In this document: one piece after another, positions 9,318 through 18,210 of the stretch
How positions within the stretch are numbered: position 1 is the stretch's first letter
How the letters are laid out: every line of letters begins with the position of its first letter
Source: a virus
Taxonomy: Duplodnaviria; Caudoviricetes
Strand: one strand, 5' to 3'
IMG/VR virus record: IMGVR_UViG_3300033429_000003
Span: 1-63,062 of that record
DNA: 63,062 nucleotides
Translations under genes and position numbers: made by a program
The notes under the pieces: generated by a model
Databases searched by the model: none
What the model saw: only the letters and a program-made list of their open reading frames with translations
Told to the model about the DNA's origin: nothing

Positions 9318-10451
9318 GTGTCCAGTAGCCACATAGAGTCCGGTTACCTGCCCGCCGTTGTTGAGACGGTGCGCGTTGTCAACGTGAACATCGACGCGTG
9401 GTCCGTGGACGTCGTCTCGGAGTACGGCAACAAGAGGTGGTTCGACATCCAGGTGATGACCCCCTACTTCCACTACGTGAACGGGGAGGGCATCTATGTC
9501 ATGCCAGAAGTAGGGGCCCTCGCATGGCTCTGCAAGAGTAGTGCGGGGGACCGAGCAGAGGCTTTCATCCTTGGGTTCCAGTCCCCCTACGATGAGAGTG
9601 AGGACGGGTTCAGAGATGGTAGGTCTGCGCTGAACCCGGGTGACATCATGATGGCTACACGGGATGAGAACTTCATCATCCTTCGGCGGGGAGGAGTTGT
9701 ACAGCTAGGTTCTACCCCCATCTGCCAGACGATGTATGTCCCCATCAACAACATTATCAGGCACTTCTGCGAGAAGTTTGAAATCAATGCCTTTGGTGGA
9801 GAGCTTCTATGGGAAACATGGAGGCGGGAGGAATCATCGGATGAAGATGTTTTCACCACCTTCTACCTCAATGCTAAAGAGAAAGCGGACGACCCGGGGC
9901 ACGTCGCTAAGTTGTCTATCGGTTCCCACGGGGACGGAGATCCTCTTAGACTACAACTGACCATGTACCCAGACGGTACGGAGGGCGCCGAGTTTGTGGC
10001 CGACTTGCAGATTGATAATGAAGGCAACGTGACGTGGGACTCCCGGTTCAACTACACCATAGTCGCTGCCAAGAACTTCACCGTGACAACGGAGGAGGAG
10101 AGCATAACCCTGGACTCGGCCAAGGATTTCTACGCCAAGTCTGCAGAGGCTATGAACATGGAGTCGGGGGGTGACATGGTGGCCGCCTCGGGAGGAAAGT
10201 CAGAGCTTACTGCCGCGAAGGGCATGACCGTGGATGGGCAGACAATCAAGATAGGGGCGGGCGCCTCGGCGGAGAAGATGGTCCTCGGGACCCAGCTCCA
10301 GAATGTGCTGAAGCAGCTGTGTATCGCCATCAAGAGCTTGGTATCAGTGCCGGGCGTCTCCGGTGGCCCTCTTCCCAACGCGGCCGCAGTGATTGCCCCT
10401 GTGGAAGCTAGTATTCAATTGATCATTTCGCAGAAGACCTCGGTGGAGTAG
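9318..10451 (+). CDS. Baseplate central spike (gpV/gp5-like)
   Basis: N-terminal OB-fold-like MPEVGALAWL motif, beta-helix-like middle, IKIG...MVLG.L tip. Confidence 0.7.
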   Translation: MSSSHIESGYLPAVVETVRVVNVNIDAWSVDVVSEYGNKRWFDIQVMTPYFHYVNGEGIYVMPEVGALAWLCKSSAGDRAEAFILGFQSPYDESEDGFRDGRSALNPGDIMMATRDENFIILRRGGVVQLGSTPICQTMYVPINNIIRHFCEKFEINAFGGELLWETWRREESSDEDVFTTFYLNAKEKADDPGHVAKLSIGSHGDGDPLRLQLTMYPDGTEGAEFVADLQIDNEGNVTWDSRFNYTIVAAKNFTVTTEEESITLDSAKDFYAKSAEAMNMESGGDMVAASGGKSELTAAKGMTVDGQTIKIGAGASAEKMVLGTQLQNVLKQLCIAIKSLVSVPGVSGGPLPNAAAVIAPVEASIQLIISQKTSVE

Positions 10452-10459
10452 GAGATACC

Positions 10460-12448
10460 ATGGACACCCAGCCTCTCTTTCTTGACCACGAGCTTCGCTT
10501 CCAGGGGGAAGAGAAGCTTGCAGGTACCTTGACACGCCTCAGCGATAACACTGACCTCTGGTCACAAGAGATCATGCAGGAGGCGTACAAGCAGCTCCCA
10601 TACCTGAGTCATTTCGAAGCGTCTGTTGCCCTCGACAAGGTAGACGAGGAGAGGGGGTATGCTCACGGCTCCATCGTGGTGCAGCCGAAGACGGCAATGA
10701 CCGTCGAGGAGCAGGAGAAGACCCCGCTCGACAAGGTTCACATCCCCATCTTCATCCGAGACCAGATGCTGGCCCCGCTCGACATCTTCCTCAAAGGGCA
10801 GCGCTACCAACACCTGACAGAAGGTAGGCTACGGGCTGCTCTTTTCCGCCCAGAAGCTTTTGACGCAGTGCGGCGCAAACCACTGGAGCCGAGCATCATC
10901 AACGAGCTTCGGCCGCCGTTGGACGACGTTGGGGGCTCGGCCAAGATGAGCTCGGCGGAGGTCTCGACTCTGCCCTTGCTTCCGCAACTTCAGGGCAGAG
11001 TGGGGCAGAGTCACGTGGACCGCTTGAAAGAGGCCATGGCAGATCCTGCTTTGGTTTCAGCGGTTTCGAACGGACATGCAGGGGTAGCAGCCGCATTTGA
11101 CTCTGCCCTTTCTCTGGCACCTACCGACCAGGAGAAGACTGCCCAGGTCCTTGCCGACCGTCTCCGGCCGAATGTGGTCCAGCTGCGAAAGTTGGCGAAC
11201 GGCAACGTGATGGTGAAGTGGGCCAACACCGGGGCGTTCGCACCCCAGCAGGAAGAGGTACCAGAGTCGGTGGCGCAGGACATGGCCGGCGACGTGGACA
11301 CCGTTCCTCAGATGGAGGCGGGTGGCACCATCACGGCGAGCCCGGATGCCGCGGTCAAGAAGACGCTCGAGGCCGAGGAGGTGAAGGTCGCCGACAGCTT
11401 TGGACTCTGGAAGGTCCAAGATGTCAATGGCAATACCATGATTGGTTGGGTGTTCCCCAAGGTCCTGTCTCTTGAGCTCACCCCGCTCCCTCTCTCCCTG
11501 TTCAACAACGGCTCCCAGTACGCCCTGCAGGAACACATCGCTGGGGAGATGGCGGGCAAGACCACAGACATCCCGAAGGGCATCCCGAAGGGGTACGGCT
11601 CGCTCTACTACATCGACCACGGGACGGCGAAGGCGCTGGTGCCTCTGCGTGTCACGTCCTCCTACCGGGACCCCAACGGAACAGTGAAGTACATGGGGGA
11701 CACGGACCTGGGCGACAAGGTCATGTTCTCCTTTGCTGACGGACTCAAGACGGTGGTGAAGGTCGGCCCCGGGGAGTACGCGGTCCCGGCCAGCTTTAAC
11801 TGGATGCCCCTGCGTGGGGAGTGCGAGCTGGTCAGTGAGCCCATGTCCTTCTCGAAGACGGCAGTGGCCAACTGGATGGGGCATGCCGAGCTGGTGGGGG
11901 ACGGTGACCTATTCTCCTTCCGTGGCCCTGCGGTAGCCAAGGTGAAGGAAGCCCACACCAAGTTCTTGGGCCGAGCCGAGACGGAGTTCATGGGGGTAGC
12001 CCTCGGGCTCCACCCGGTCTTCTGCAAGGAGGCTATGGACCGGGCGAGCAGAGGGGAGAGGATTGCCCTGAAGGGTTTGCGTTCGATCACTCCTCTTTCC
12101 GTGAAGCTAGCGTCTGCTCGAGCAGATATCCGCAAGGCGCTCGATGAGCTCGACCCCCCGATCCACAACTACTTCCTGGTTAAGGAAGCCGCCATCCTTG
12201 ACGACGCCTTGACGGCGGACAAGATCTTGGGCCTCGGCTTCCTGAACGCTGAGAACGTGGCGGCGTTCGTGGACATGCTCCCCGCCCTGGATGCCACCTC
12301 GAGCAAGCTGGCCGAGTTGCTCTTTGCCATCCGTATTGGGCTCAAGGAGGTTCCTGAGGTTGCGGTCGAGCGCATGCTTGTCGCCCTTGAAGACGTCATC
12401 CAAGGGCTCAAGGCCCTGCAACAGAAGGAAGTATCCTTCTCGAATTGA
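10460..12448 (+). CDS. Putative virion/head protein with many K-x-A motifs
   Basis: 662 aa, GGAG RBS; EKLA, EKTA, VKVA, SKTA, VKLA, VKEA. Confidence 0.6.
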   Translation: MDTQPLFLDHELRFQGEEKLAGTLTRLSDNTDLWSQEIMQEAYKQLPYLSHFEASVALDKVDEERGYAHGSIVVQPKTAMTVEEQEKTPLDKVHIPIFIRDQMLAPLDIFLKGQRYQHLTEGRLRAALFRPEAFDAVRRKPLEPSIINELRPPLDDVGGSAKMSSAEVSTLPLLPQLQGRVGQSHVDRLKEAMADPALVSAVSNGHAGVAAAFDSALSLAPTDQEKTAQVLADRLRPNVVQLRKLANGNVMVKWANTGAFAPQQEEVPESVAQDMAGDVDTVPQMEAGGTITASPDAAVKKTLEAEEVKVADSFGLWKVQDVNGNTMIGWVFPKVLSLELTPLPLSLFNNGSQYALQEHIAGEMAGKTTDIPKGIPKGYGSLYYIDHGTAKALVPLRVTSSYRDPNGTVKYMGDTDLGDKVMFSFADGLKTVVKVGPGEYAVPASFNWMPLRGECELVSEPMSFSKTAVANWMGHAELVGDGDLFSFRGPAVAKVKEAHTKFLGRAETEFMGVALGLHPVFCKEAMDRASRGERIALKGLRSITPLSVKLASARADIRKALDELDPPIHNYFLVKEAAILDDALTADKILGLGFLNAENVAAFVDMLPALDATSSKLAELLFAIRIGLKEVPEVAVERMLVALEDVIQGLKALQQKEVSFSN

Positions 12449-12456
12449 GGTAGCAA

Positions 12457-13344
12457 ATGGGCCACCCAGCAGAACACTACGTGAAGTACGCCCTGGCCGC
12501 CAAGTGGGGCACCTCGGGTCAGGAAGAGACCACGGACATCAATGAGCTCAACCAGTCCCTCAAGGTGTTGGGCATTCCTGGACTCCTGGAGAGGCACTTC
12601 AACCACATCTGGTCCCGCTTCGACCCGCCGGAGGGGTTCTGCCTGCAAGACCACTATCACGAGCCCACCGCCCAGTTCATGGAGGACCACAAGCTCACAG
12701 CCATGTGGCGGGGGGACCCCGAGCTGACCCGGGCCATCGACGAGGTCATAATCAAGAGGCCCCAACTCCAGTTCCGGGTCAACGTCCTGTTGCTGGGTCG
12801 TCTACCCTCGAAGGTCATAGCCGAGAAGCTCAGTGATAAGTTTCACATCTTCCCGTCGATGACCGAGAGGATGGTGGACCTGTACAAGCACTACTTCTGG
12901 AAGGTTGACCAGGCCGGCTACGATGAATGGGATGAGCTGCTGGCGACCAGCGCCTACCACGACCACTACATGTCCTCGCTCTACAACGGGGAGTCTCAGG
13001 CCATGTGGAGGGCGGGGTTCTCCCCCAAGGTGGACGTCAAGAAGGCTCTCAAGGAAGCCCAGAAACACATCTACTTCCGGCTCAAGGCGCTTGAGGCCCA
13101 GCCCAGCAGCAAGTTCGTTCTGGACCAGACCATCAAACTGGCCCGGGAGCTACGCTACCTCTACGCCGCTCTCTACGCCGAGGGGGAGGCGCTACCAGAG
13201 CGCCTGCGCGAGCTGCGGGTCTTCCTGATGAAGCACGACATCCCAGATGTCAAAGACCTCGAGCAGATTGTCGACAAGGAAGAAGGCGGCGGGTTCTCCG
13301 GTGACGGGGCCCATGAAGAGGAAGAGGAGGCACCGCTCCAATGA
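12457..13344 (+). CDS. Hypothetical protein
   Basis: 295 aa, GAGG RBS, tight operon packing. Confidence 0.75.
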   Translation: MGHPAEHYVKYALAAKWGTSGQEETTDINELNQSLKVLGIPGLLERHFNHIWSRFDPPEGFCLQDHYHEPTAQFMEDHKLTAMWRGDPELTRAIDEVIIKRPQLQFRVNVLLLGRLPSKVIAEKLSDKFHIFPSMTERMVDLYKHYFWKVDQAGYDEWDELLATSAYHDHYMSSLYNGESQAMWRAGFSPKVDVKKALKEAQKHIYFRLKALEAQPSSKFVLDQTIKLARELRYLYAALYAEGEALPERLRELRVFLMKHDIPDVKDLEQIVDKEEGGGFSGDGAHEEEEEAPLQ

Positions 13345-13898
13345 CATATGAACCAGCCCCTAGCATGCCGATGCCGGAGTGGGCAGACGAATCCAAAGGC
13401 AGCCTTCAAGAGATGATAGGAGATGTTGCCACACCTTTCTCGGTGAAGGAGATGCAACCCATCACCGACTTCAGCACTCACTTTGCTGAGTACTACGTCG
13501 AAGGGGGCGACTTCGTCCTCCACCTCTTCCCCCGCAACGGCCCAAGCGACCGTTGGGAGGAGGGCCACTACATCCCTCGGTGTCGGTCCTGCCGCAGCGA
13601 AGTGCCCTTGCCGGAAGGAAAGATGAAGCCCTGCCCCCGGTGCGGGCACGCCGGGTTGGTCTACATCCCGGGTCGGAAGGAGGAGAAGGCCACCGTGGTC
13701 TTCCCCGGCGACATGCGGGACAGGATCTTGAAGGCGGCCGACGCGAGCTGGATGGGGGACGTGGCGATCGACCTCGTTGTCGAGCTGGGCGCCTACGCGG
13801 TCCAGTTCCAGGGGGCCAAGGACGCCGCCCGCCTCTCCGGCTACGACCGGTTCGCTGACGGATTCTGTTCGGTGTTGGACGATCTGCTTGAGGAGTAG
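13341..13898 (+). CDS. Hypothetical protein with Zn ribbon
   Basis: ATGA overlap; CRSC...CPRC. Confidence 0.7.
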   Translation: MTYEPAPSMPMPEWADESKGSLQEMIGDVATPFSVKEMQPITDFSTHFAEYYVEGGDFVLHLFPRNGPSDRWEEGHYIPRCRSCRSEVPLPEGKMKPCPRCGHAGLVYIPGRKEEKATVVFPGDMRDRILKAADASWMGDVAIDLVVELGAYAVQFQGAKDAARLSGYDRFADGFCSVLDDLLEE

Positions 13899-13901
13899 AC
13901 C

Positions 13902-15398
13902 GTGGACCTACTGGCGTTCCAAGACGAGTTGGAGAAGATAGCTAGTCTTCGGTCGTCAGTTACCCTGCGACCTCACCAACAGGAGGCAGTTGACTTCATC
14001 CTAGACAATGGGGGTAGGGGCCTTCTGGCACACGCTACGGGCTCAGGAAAGACCTTTTCATCTCTAGCCGTCATAGAGAAGCTCAGGGAGAAAGGGGAGG
14101 CGGGCAAGACTCTCGTGGTGCTCCCCGCGTCCCTTAAAACCAACTTCTCCAAGCGAGGGGTAGAAAAGTTTACCGACCGTAGTCACGGGGACGTTGGCTC
14201 TGGGGCAGACTATCAGATTGTGTCTCTAGAGAAGTTCAGGAAGGACCCGTCCGGGGTCTTGGGGGCTTCAGGGGCTGACTCTGTGATCCTAGACGAGGTT
14301 CACAGAGCGAAGGACCCTTCTACAGCTACGCATAAGGCGTACAAGGAGATAGCCCCAAAAGTAAAGAACCTAGTAGGGCTTACCGGCTCCTTTATCTCCA
14401 ACCATCCTCGAGAGCTTGTACCGGTTATGGACATCATCAACCCGGAGCATACTCTGGGGTCTCAGGCAGGTTTCACCAAGAAGTACACGAAGCGGGAGAT
14501 GGTGTCTGGGGGCGGGTTCTTGAAAAGGAGCCCGAAGTACCGCACTACCCTGAAAAACCGCAGGCCTCTCCACGGTAAGATTAAGGGGAAGCTCCACTAC
14601 CTCGGCCATGACGAACTGAAAGATTTGCCGGCTCTGGACGTGCAGGATGTGCAAGTCCCCATGTCAGAGGAGCAGGACAAGCATTATAGGTTTGCGATGG
14701 GCTCGCTTTCTAGCAGGCAGAGGAAAATGATTAGGGATGGGCTTCCTGTCAGTCAGCGAGAGGCCCAGATGATTCTGCCCATGATTTTAAGGGCCCGGCA
14801 GGCGTCCAACTCTATCGGGGTGCACGCAAAAGTGCCCGACGCCGACGCCGCAGAGCTGACCCCCAAGCTCAAGAAGGTCATGGATGACATGGAGAAGCAC
14901 CTCAAGGAGACCAAGGATGGGCGGGCAATAGCCTACACGAACTTCGTTGACGGAGGGGCTAGGGAGCTCCATGCAGGACTGAAAGCCCGGGGGTTGAAAC
15001 CGGCTCTCTATTCGGGGGTCAACAAGAAGACCAGGGACAGCGAGCTAGAAGAGTTCAAGAAGGGGAAGCGGCGGGCTATCGTGCTGACACCTGCCGGCGG
15101 AGAGGGTATCAGTCTGGATAACGCTACCTTCTTTGCAGAGGTTGACCGGCACTACAACCCGGAGAGAAACCAACAGGCGGTAGCAAGAGGTAGGCGCCTA
15201 GGTGGGCTGGCGCATAGACTCCCTGAAGACCGGACCTTGCAGGTGCGGCGGTACTACTCTACTCCTAATACTTCCTGGTTCAGACGACTCATTGGGGCAG
15301 AGGACGTAGGAGTGGACGAGTGGGTCGGCATGGTAGCCAAGGAAAAAGACATCCTCAATGAGGAAATGAGGGCGGTTGCCAGAGGGAGCAAGTCGTGA
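13902..15398 (+). CDS. SNF2-like SF2 helicase/ATPase with AFQDELEKIA leader
   Basis: LRPHQ, HATGSGKT, DEVH, LTGS, GGEGISL, QAVARGRR. Confidence 0.9.
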   Translation: MDLLAFQDELEKIASLRSSVTLRPHQQEAVDFILDNGGRGLLAHATGSGKTFSSLAVIEKLREKGEAGKTLVVLPASLKTNFSKRGVEKFTDRSHGDVGSGADYQIVSLEKFRKDPSGVLGASGADSVILDEVHRAKDPSTATHKAYKEIAPKVKNLVGLTGSFISNHPRELVPVMDIINPEHTLGSQAGFTKKYTKREMVSGGGFLKRSPKYRTTLKNRRPLHGKIKGKLHYLGHDELKDLPALDVQDVQVPMSEEQDKHYRFAMGSLSSRQRKMIRDGLPVSQREAQMILPMILRARQASNSIGVHAKVPDADAAELTPKLKKVMDDMEKHLKETKDGRAIAYTNFVDGGARELHAGLKARGLKPALYSGVNKKTRDSELEEFKKGKRRAIVLTPAGGEGISLDNATFFAEVDRHYNPERNQQAVARGRRLGGLAHRLPEDRTLQVRRYYSTPNTSWFRRLIGAEDVGVDEWVGMVAKEKDILNEEMRAVARGSKS

Positions 15399-16339
15399 AC
15401 CTACGTCTGTCGGCTTTTCAGGACGAGTTGTCGGCCATGCAGAAGGAGGCGGCCAGGGATGAGGAAGAGGCCGAGAGGGAGGCCAAAGCCTTGGCCGGGG
15501 CTGCCATCGCCGCATCTGGGATGGTGGGAGGGGCCGCGGTGCTGGGGGTTCACCATGCGGTCAGCAAGTCTTTGGAGAAAGCCCCGACTCAAGCCCTAGG
15601 CACCTCGGTAGACGCCCTTGCGTTGAAGATGGGCATTAAGCCCCCGGCGCGAGCAAAGTACAAGAAGTTCGCCTACCTACACCCGAGCAGGGTCAAAGGT
15701 AAAGTGCTCAACAAGTTCAAGAACTTTACGGCGGGAGACCTAGCACGGGCTAGGGAGTCGGGCGTCATCCTTGGTCCGTGGCAGGGTCGCCCAGAATCGG
15801 TAGCGCACGAGATGGGTCATGCCGCCAACGCAGTGAAGAACAAGGTTCTGACTGCGCTGGCGAACACGACCCGAAGGATGGGGGCGGCGGTCCCTATGGC
15901 AGGCGCGGTGGCTGGGGGACTCATGGCAATAGCCCCAGAAGACGCAGAGTCCCTGGTGGTCAAGGCTGCGCCACTTATGCCAGTTTTGGCATACGCTCCG
16001 ATCCTTGCCGATGAGGCCCTTGCGTCTGTCCGGGCTGTCAAGGGGATGAAAGCTATGGGCACGCACAGCTCCAAGGTTCTTAGGAAGGCAAAGGGCAACC
16101 TCGTCAAAGCTTTTGGTACCTACCTGCTGGACGCGGCAGCTATGGCAGTACCCGTGGCTGCCGTAGCTGTTGGGCGCGTGGTGGGGTCTACGTCGAAGAA
16201 GGAGAAAACGGCGGGTGTCTCAGCCTACAGAAGAGTCCTACCCTCCCTCTTTGCACACGCCTACAAGGAAGACGAGGACTTCCGAAAGGTGGTGAGGAAC
16301 ACTCTCTCAACCGACCCCAACACCCGGAGATGGCAATGA
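15395..16339 (+). CDS. Putative membrane Zn-metallopeptidase with AFQDEL leader
   Basis: AHEMGH plus DEALASVRA (third-ligand Glu); hydrophobic Gly/Ala segments. Confidence 0.7.
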   Translation: MNLRLSAFQDELSAMQKEAARDEEEAEREAKALAGAAIAASGMVGGAAVLGVHHAVSKSLEKAPTQALGTSVDALALKMGIKPPARAKYKKFAYLHPSRVKGKVLNKFKNFTAGDLARARESGVILGPWQGRPESVAHEMGHAANAVKNKVLTALANTTRRMGAAVPMAGAVAGGLMAIAPEDAESLVVKAAPLMPVLAYAPILADEALASVRAVKGMKAMGTHSSKVLRKAKGNLVKAFGTYLLDAAAMAVPVAAVAVGRVVGSTSKKEKTAGVSAYRRVLPSLFAHAYKEDEDFRKVVRNTLSTDPNTRRWQ

Positions 16340-17262
16340 GGGGGCCCTTCCACGAGATTGAGAAGACAGCTTTTCTAGAAGAGCTGAAGGAGATAGTGAA
16401 GGAAAACCCCGTGGCCGTAGGAACCGCAGGGGTAGCGGGGGGAGCTGCTCTGGGGCTTGCCAGGAACCCCGGCATTCGCAGAGCAGTGTGGCATCACCTG
16501 AAGAGTCTTGCTACGGGGGTCGAGCCACGTGCTGCAGAAATGGGGGGTGCCATTCCTAAAGCGGTGGATGCCGCGGCCAAGGAGACGGTAAAGCTCCTGC
16601 GCAGACACGGGGTAGACCCCTCAAAGGTACGCATCGCCGTATCGGGCGCAGGAGGTACAGGCAAATCGACGTTTGCAAGAGCGCTGGAAAAGGAGACGGG
16701 CCTGGGAAGACTACACCTAGACCCGTATGTGCGGGCGCGGGACCTGTACGGCTCCCGTAAAGCGTATGGCCTGGGGTCCAAGGGATTCGAGCCCTCGGTG
16801 ATAGAGCAGAGTCACCTCATAAATAGGGTGAACCCTGACAAATTCGATGTTGTCGTGCACATGAGCAAAGACCCGAAAGTTGTTAAGAAGCAATTGTTCA
16901 GTCGGGGTAGGGGGGCTCAGCAGGCGGACCTGTATGATGACAAGAAACTGCGGAAGGCTCTTAGAGCGTCGTTTGATTCCATGGAAGGCAAGGCTTTTTC
17001 TCCTGCTCCTGGGGTGGAAGTAAAGCTAAAAGCTCAAGGTGGGTTTAAGTCCGAGCAGCGGCTGGCAGATTCATTGCGGCGTAAAGGGATAGACCCGGAG
17101 GGAATGACTCGTCAACAGATGGTCATCTCGGAGGGCACCGGTAAAAAGGAATGGTTGGACGGTATCCTTCCATTCCTCAAGCCGAAAGCTCTAGAAGCTG
17201 TTGTTTACCCCGTAGCATTTGGGGCCGCCGGGGTTGGTGCCTCCAAGGCCTTGAAGGACTAG
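16330..17262 (+). CDS. P-loop kinase-like protein with hydrophobic termini and KTAFLEEL leader
   Basis: Walker A GAGGTGKST, then LHLD. Confidence 0.7.
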   Translation: MAMRGPFHEIEKTAFLEELKEIVKENPVAVGTAGVAGGAALGLARNPGIRRAVWHHLKSLATGVEPRAAEMGGAIPKAVDAAAKETVKLLRRHGVDPSKVRIAVSGAGGTGKSTFARALEKETGLGRLHLDPYVRARDLYGSRKAYGLGSKGFEPSVIEQSHLINRVNPDKFDVVVHMSKDPKVVKKQLFSRGRGAQQADLYDDKKLRKALRASFDSMEGKAFSPAPGVEVKLKAQGGFKSEQRLADSLRRKGIDPEGMTRQQMVISEGTGKKEWLDGILPFLKPKALEAVVYPVAFGAAGVGASKALKD

Positions 17263-17868
17263 CTCCCCCCTCTTTATCATGTTCTTCAGGAATGTTATTC
17301 GGTGGTAGGGCGAGGGCCCTGCGGTTTTCAGCTGTGCGTAGTGCGCGGGAGTGGGATAGCCGACGTTCTTGGCCCAGCCATAGGCAGGGAACCGGGTGGC
17401 CATGTCCATCATATCCCTGTCGCGTATTGCTTTGGCGACTATGCTAGCGGCGCTCACGAACCAACAAGTGGCGTCGGCCTTCTTGACCGTTTCAACCGTG
17501 CCGACCCATTCTGCGGGTAGGTGGGTTGGTGCCACGACCCCATCTACAATCAGGGTCGTCCGGTTTGGTATTCGTGCCAGAGCTTGTTTCGCAGCAAACT
17601 GCCATGCTTCGGATATCCCCTTCTCATCTATTAGTTTGGGCCCTGCCCACCCCACTCCTACATAGACAGCCTCTTCCATGATGAGGGGGGTTAGTGCCTC
17701 TCTCTTGGTCCTAGTTAGCTTCTTGGAGTCTCGTACGCCTTCGATGGGGCAGCCGTCTTCTCCTACCTTGAAGACTGTAACTGCTACAACGACGGGGCCT
17801 GCCAGGGACCCCATGCCCACCTCATCTAGGCCTCCTTTCAAAGCGACGGCCTCCCTTGAATCTACCAT
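17191..17868 (-). CDS. rnhB: Ribonuclease HII
   Basis: GLDEVGMGSLAGP, DSKKL, IVDG, KAD, SAASIVAK, GYPT..H. Confidence 0.93.
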   Translation of the reverse strand: MVDSREAVALKGGLDEVGMGSLAGPVVVAVTVFKVGEDGCPIEGVRDSKKLTRTKREALTPLIMEEAVYVGVGWAGPKLIDEKGISEAWQFAAKQALARIPNRTTLIVDGVVAPTHLPAEWVGTVETVKKADATCWFVSAASIVAKAIRDRDMMDMATRFPAYGWAKNVGYPTPAHYAQLKTAGPSPYHRITFLKNMIKRGELVLQGLGGTNPGGPKCYGVNNSF

Positions 17869-18184
17869 GTGCGTCTCTCTCCAGATGTCTATGCTGGGTC
17901 AGGACCTCCGCCTGAACGTAGCTGTCAGTGATGTTGATGATCGGCAACTCGCAGCCCTCCATTTCAGCCCAGCACCGGAGGTAGGTGCGGAGCGGCTCCC
18001 GGGTTGCCTTACTGATCTTTCTTGTGAGCCGGAGCTTGAGGATAAGTCTGATAGGGTCCACAGTGGGAAAGATGCCCATCCTCTCGTCAATGACTGGGTC
18101 CCCGATGGCCCGGATGATGCCTTGCCTGGCAGGCTCGAGCCAGGTAAAGCGTTTCTCTATGATCTTTTTGCTAACATGGTCCAT
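17822..18184 (-). CDS. Hypothetical protein
   Basis: 120 aa, overlaps the rnhB start; GGTATAAG directly upstream. Confidence 0.65.
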   Translation of the reverse strand: MDHVSKKIIEKRFTWLEPARQGIIRAIGDPVIDERMGIFPTVDPIRLILKLRLTRKISKATREPLRTYLRCWAEMEGCELPIINITDSYVQAEVLTQHRHLERDAHGRFKGGRRFERRPR

Positions 18185-18210
18185 CTGTTACCTTATACCC
18201 GGAAAGTAGC

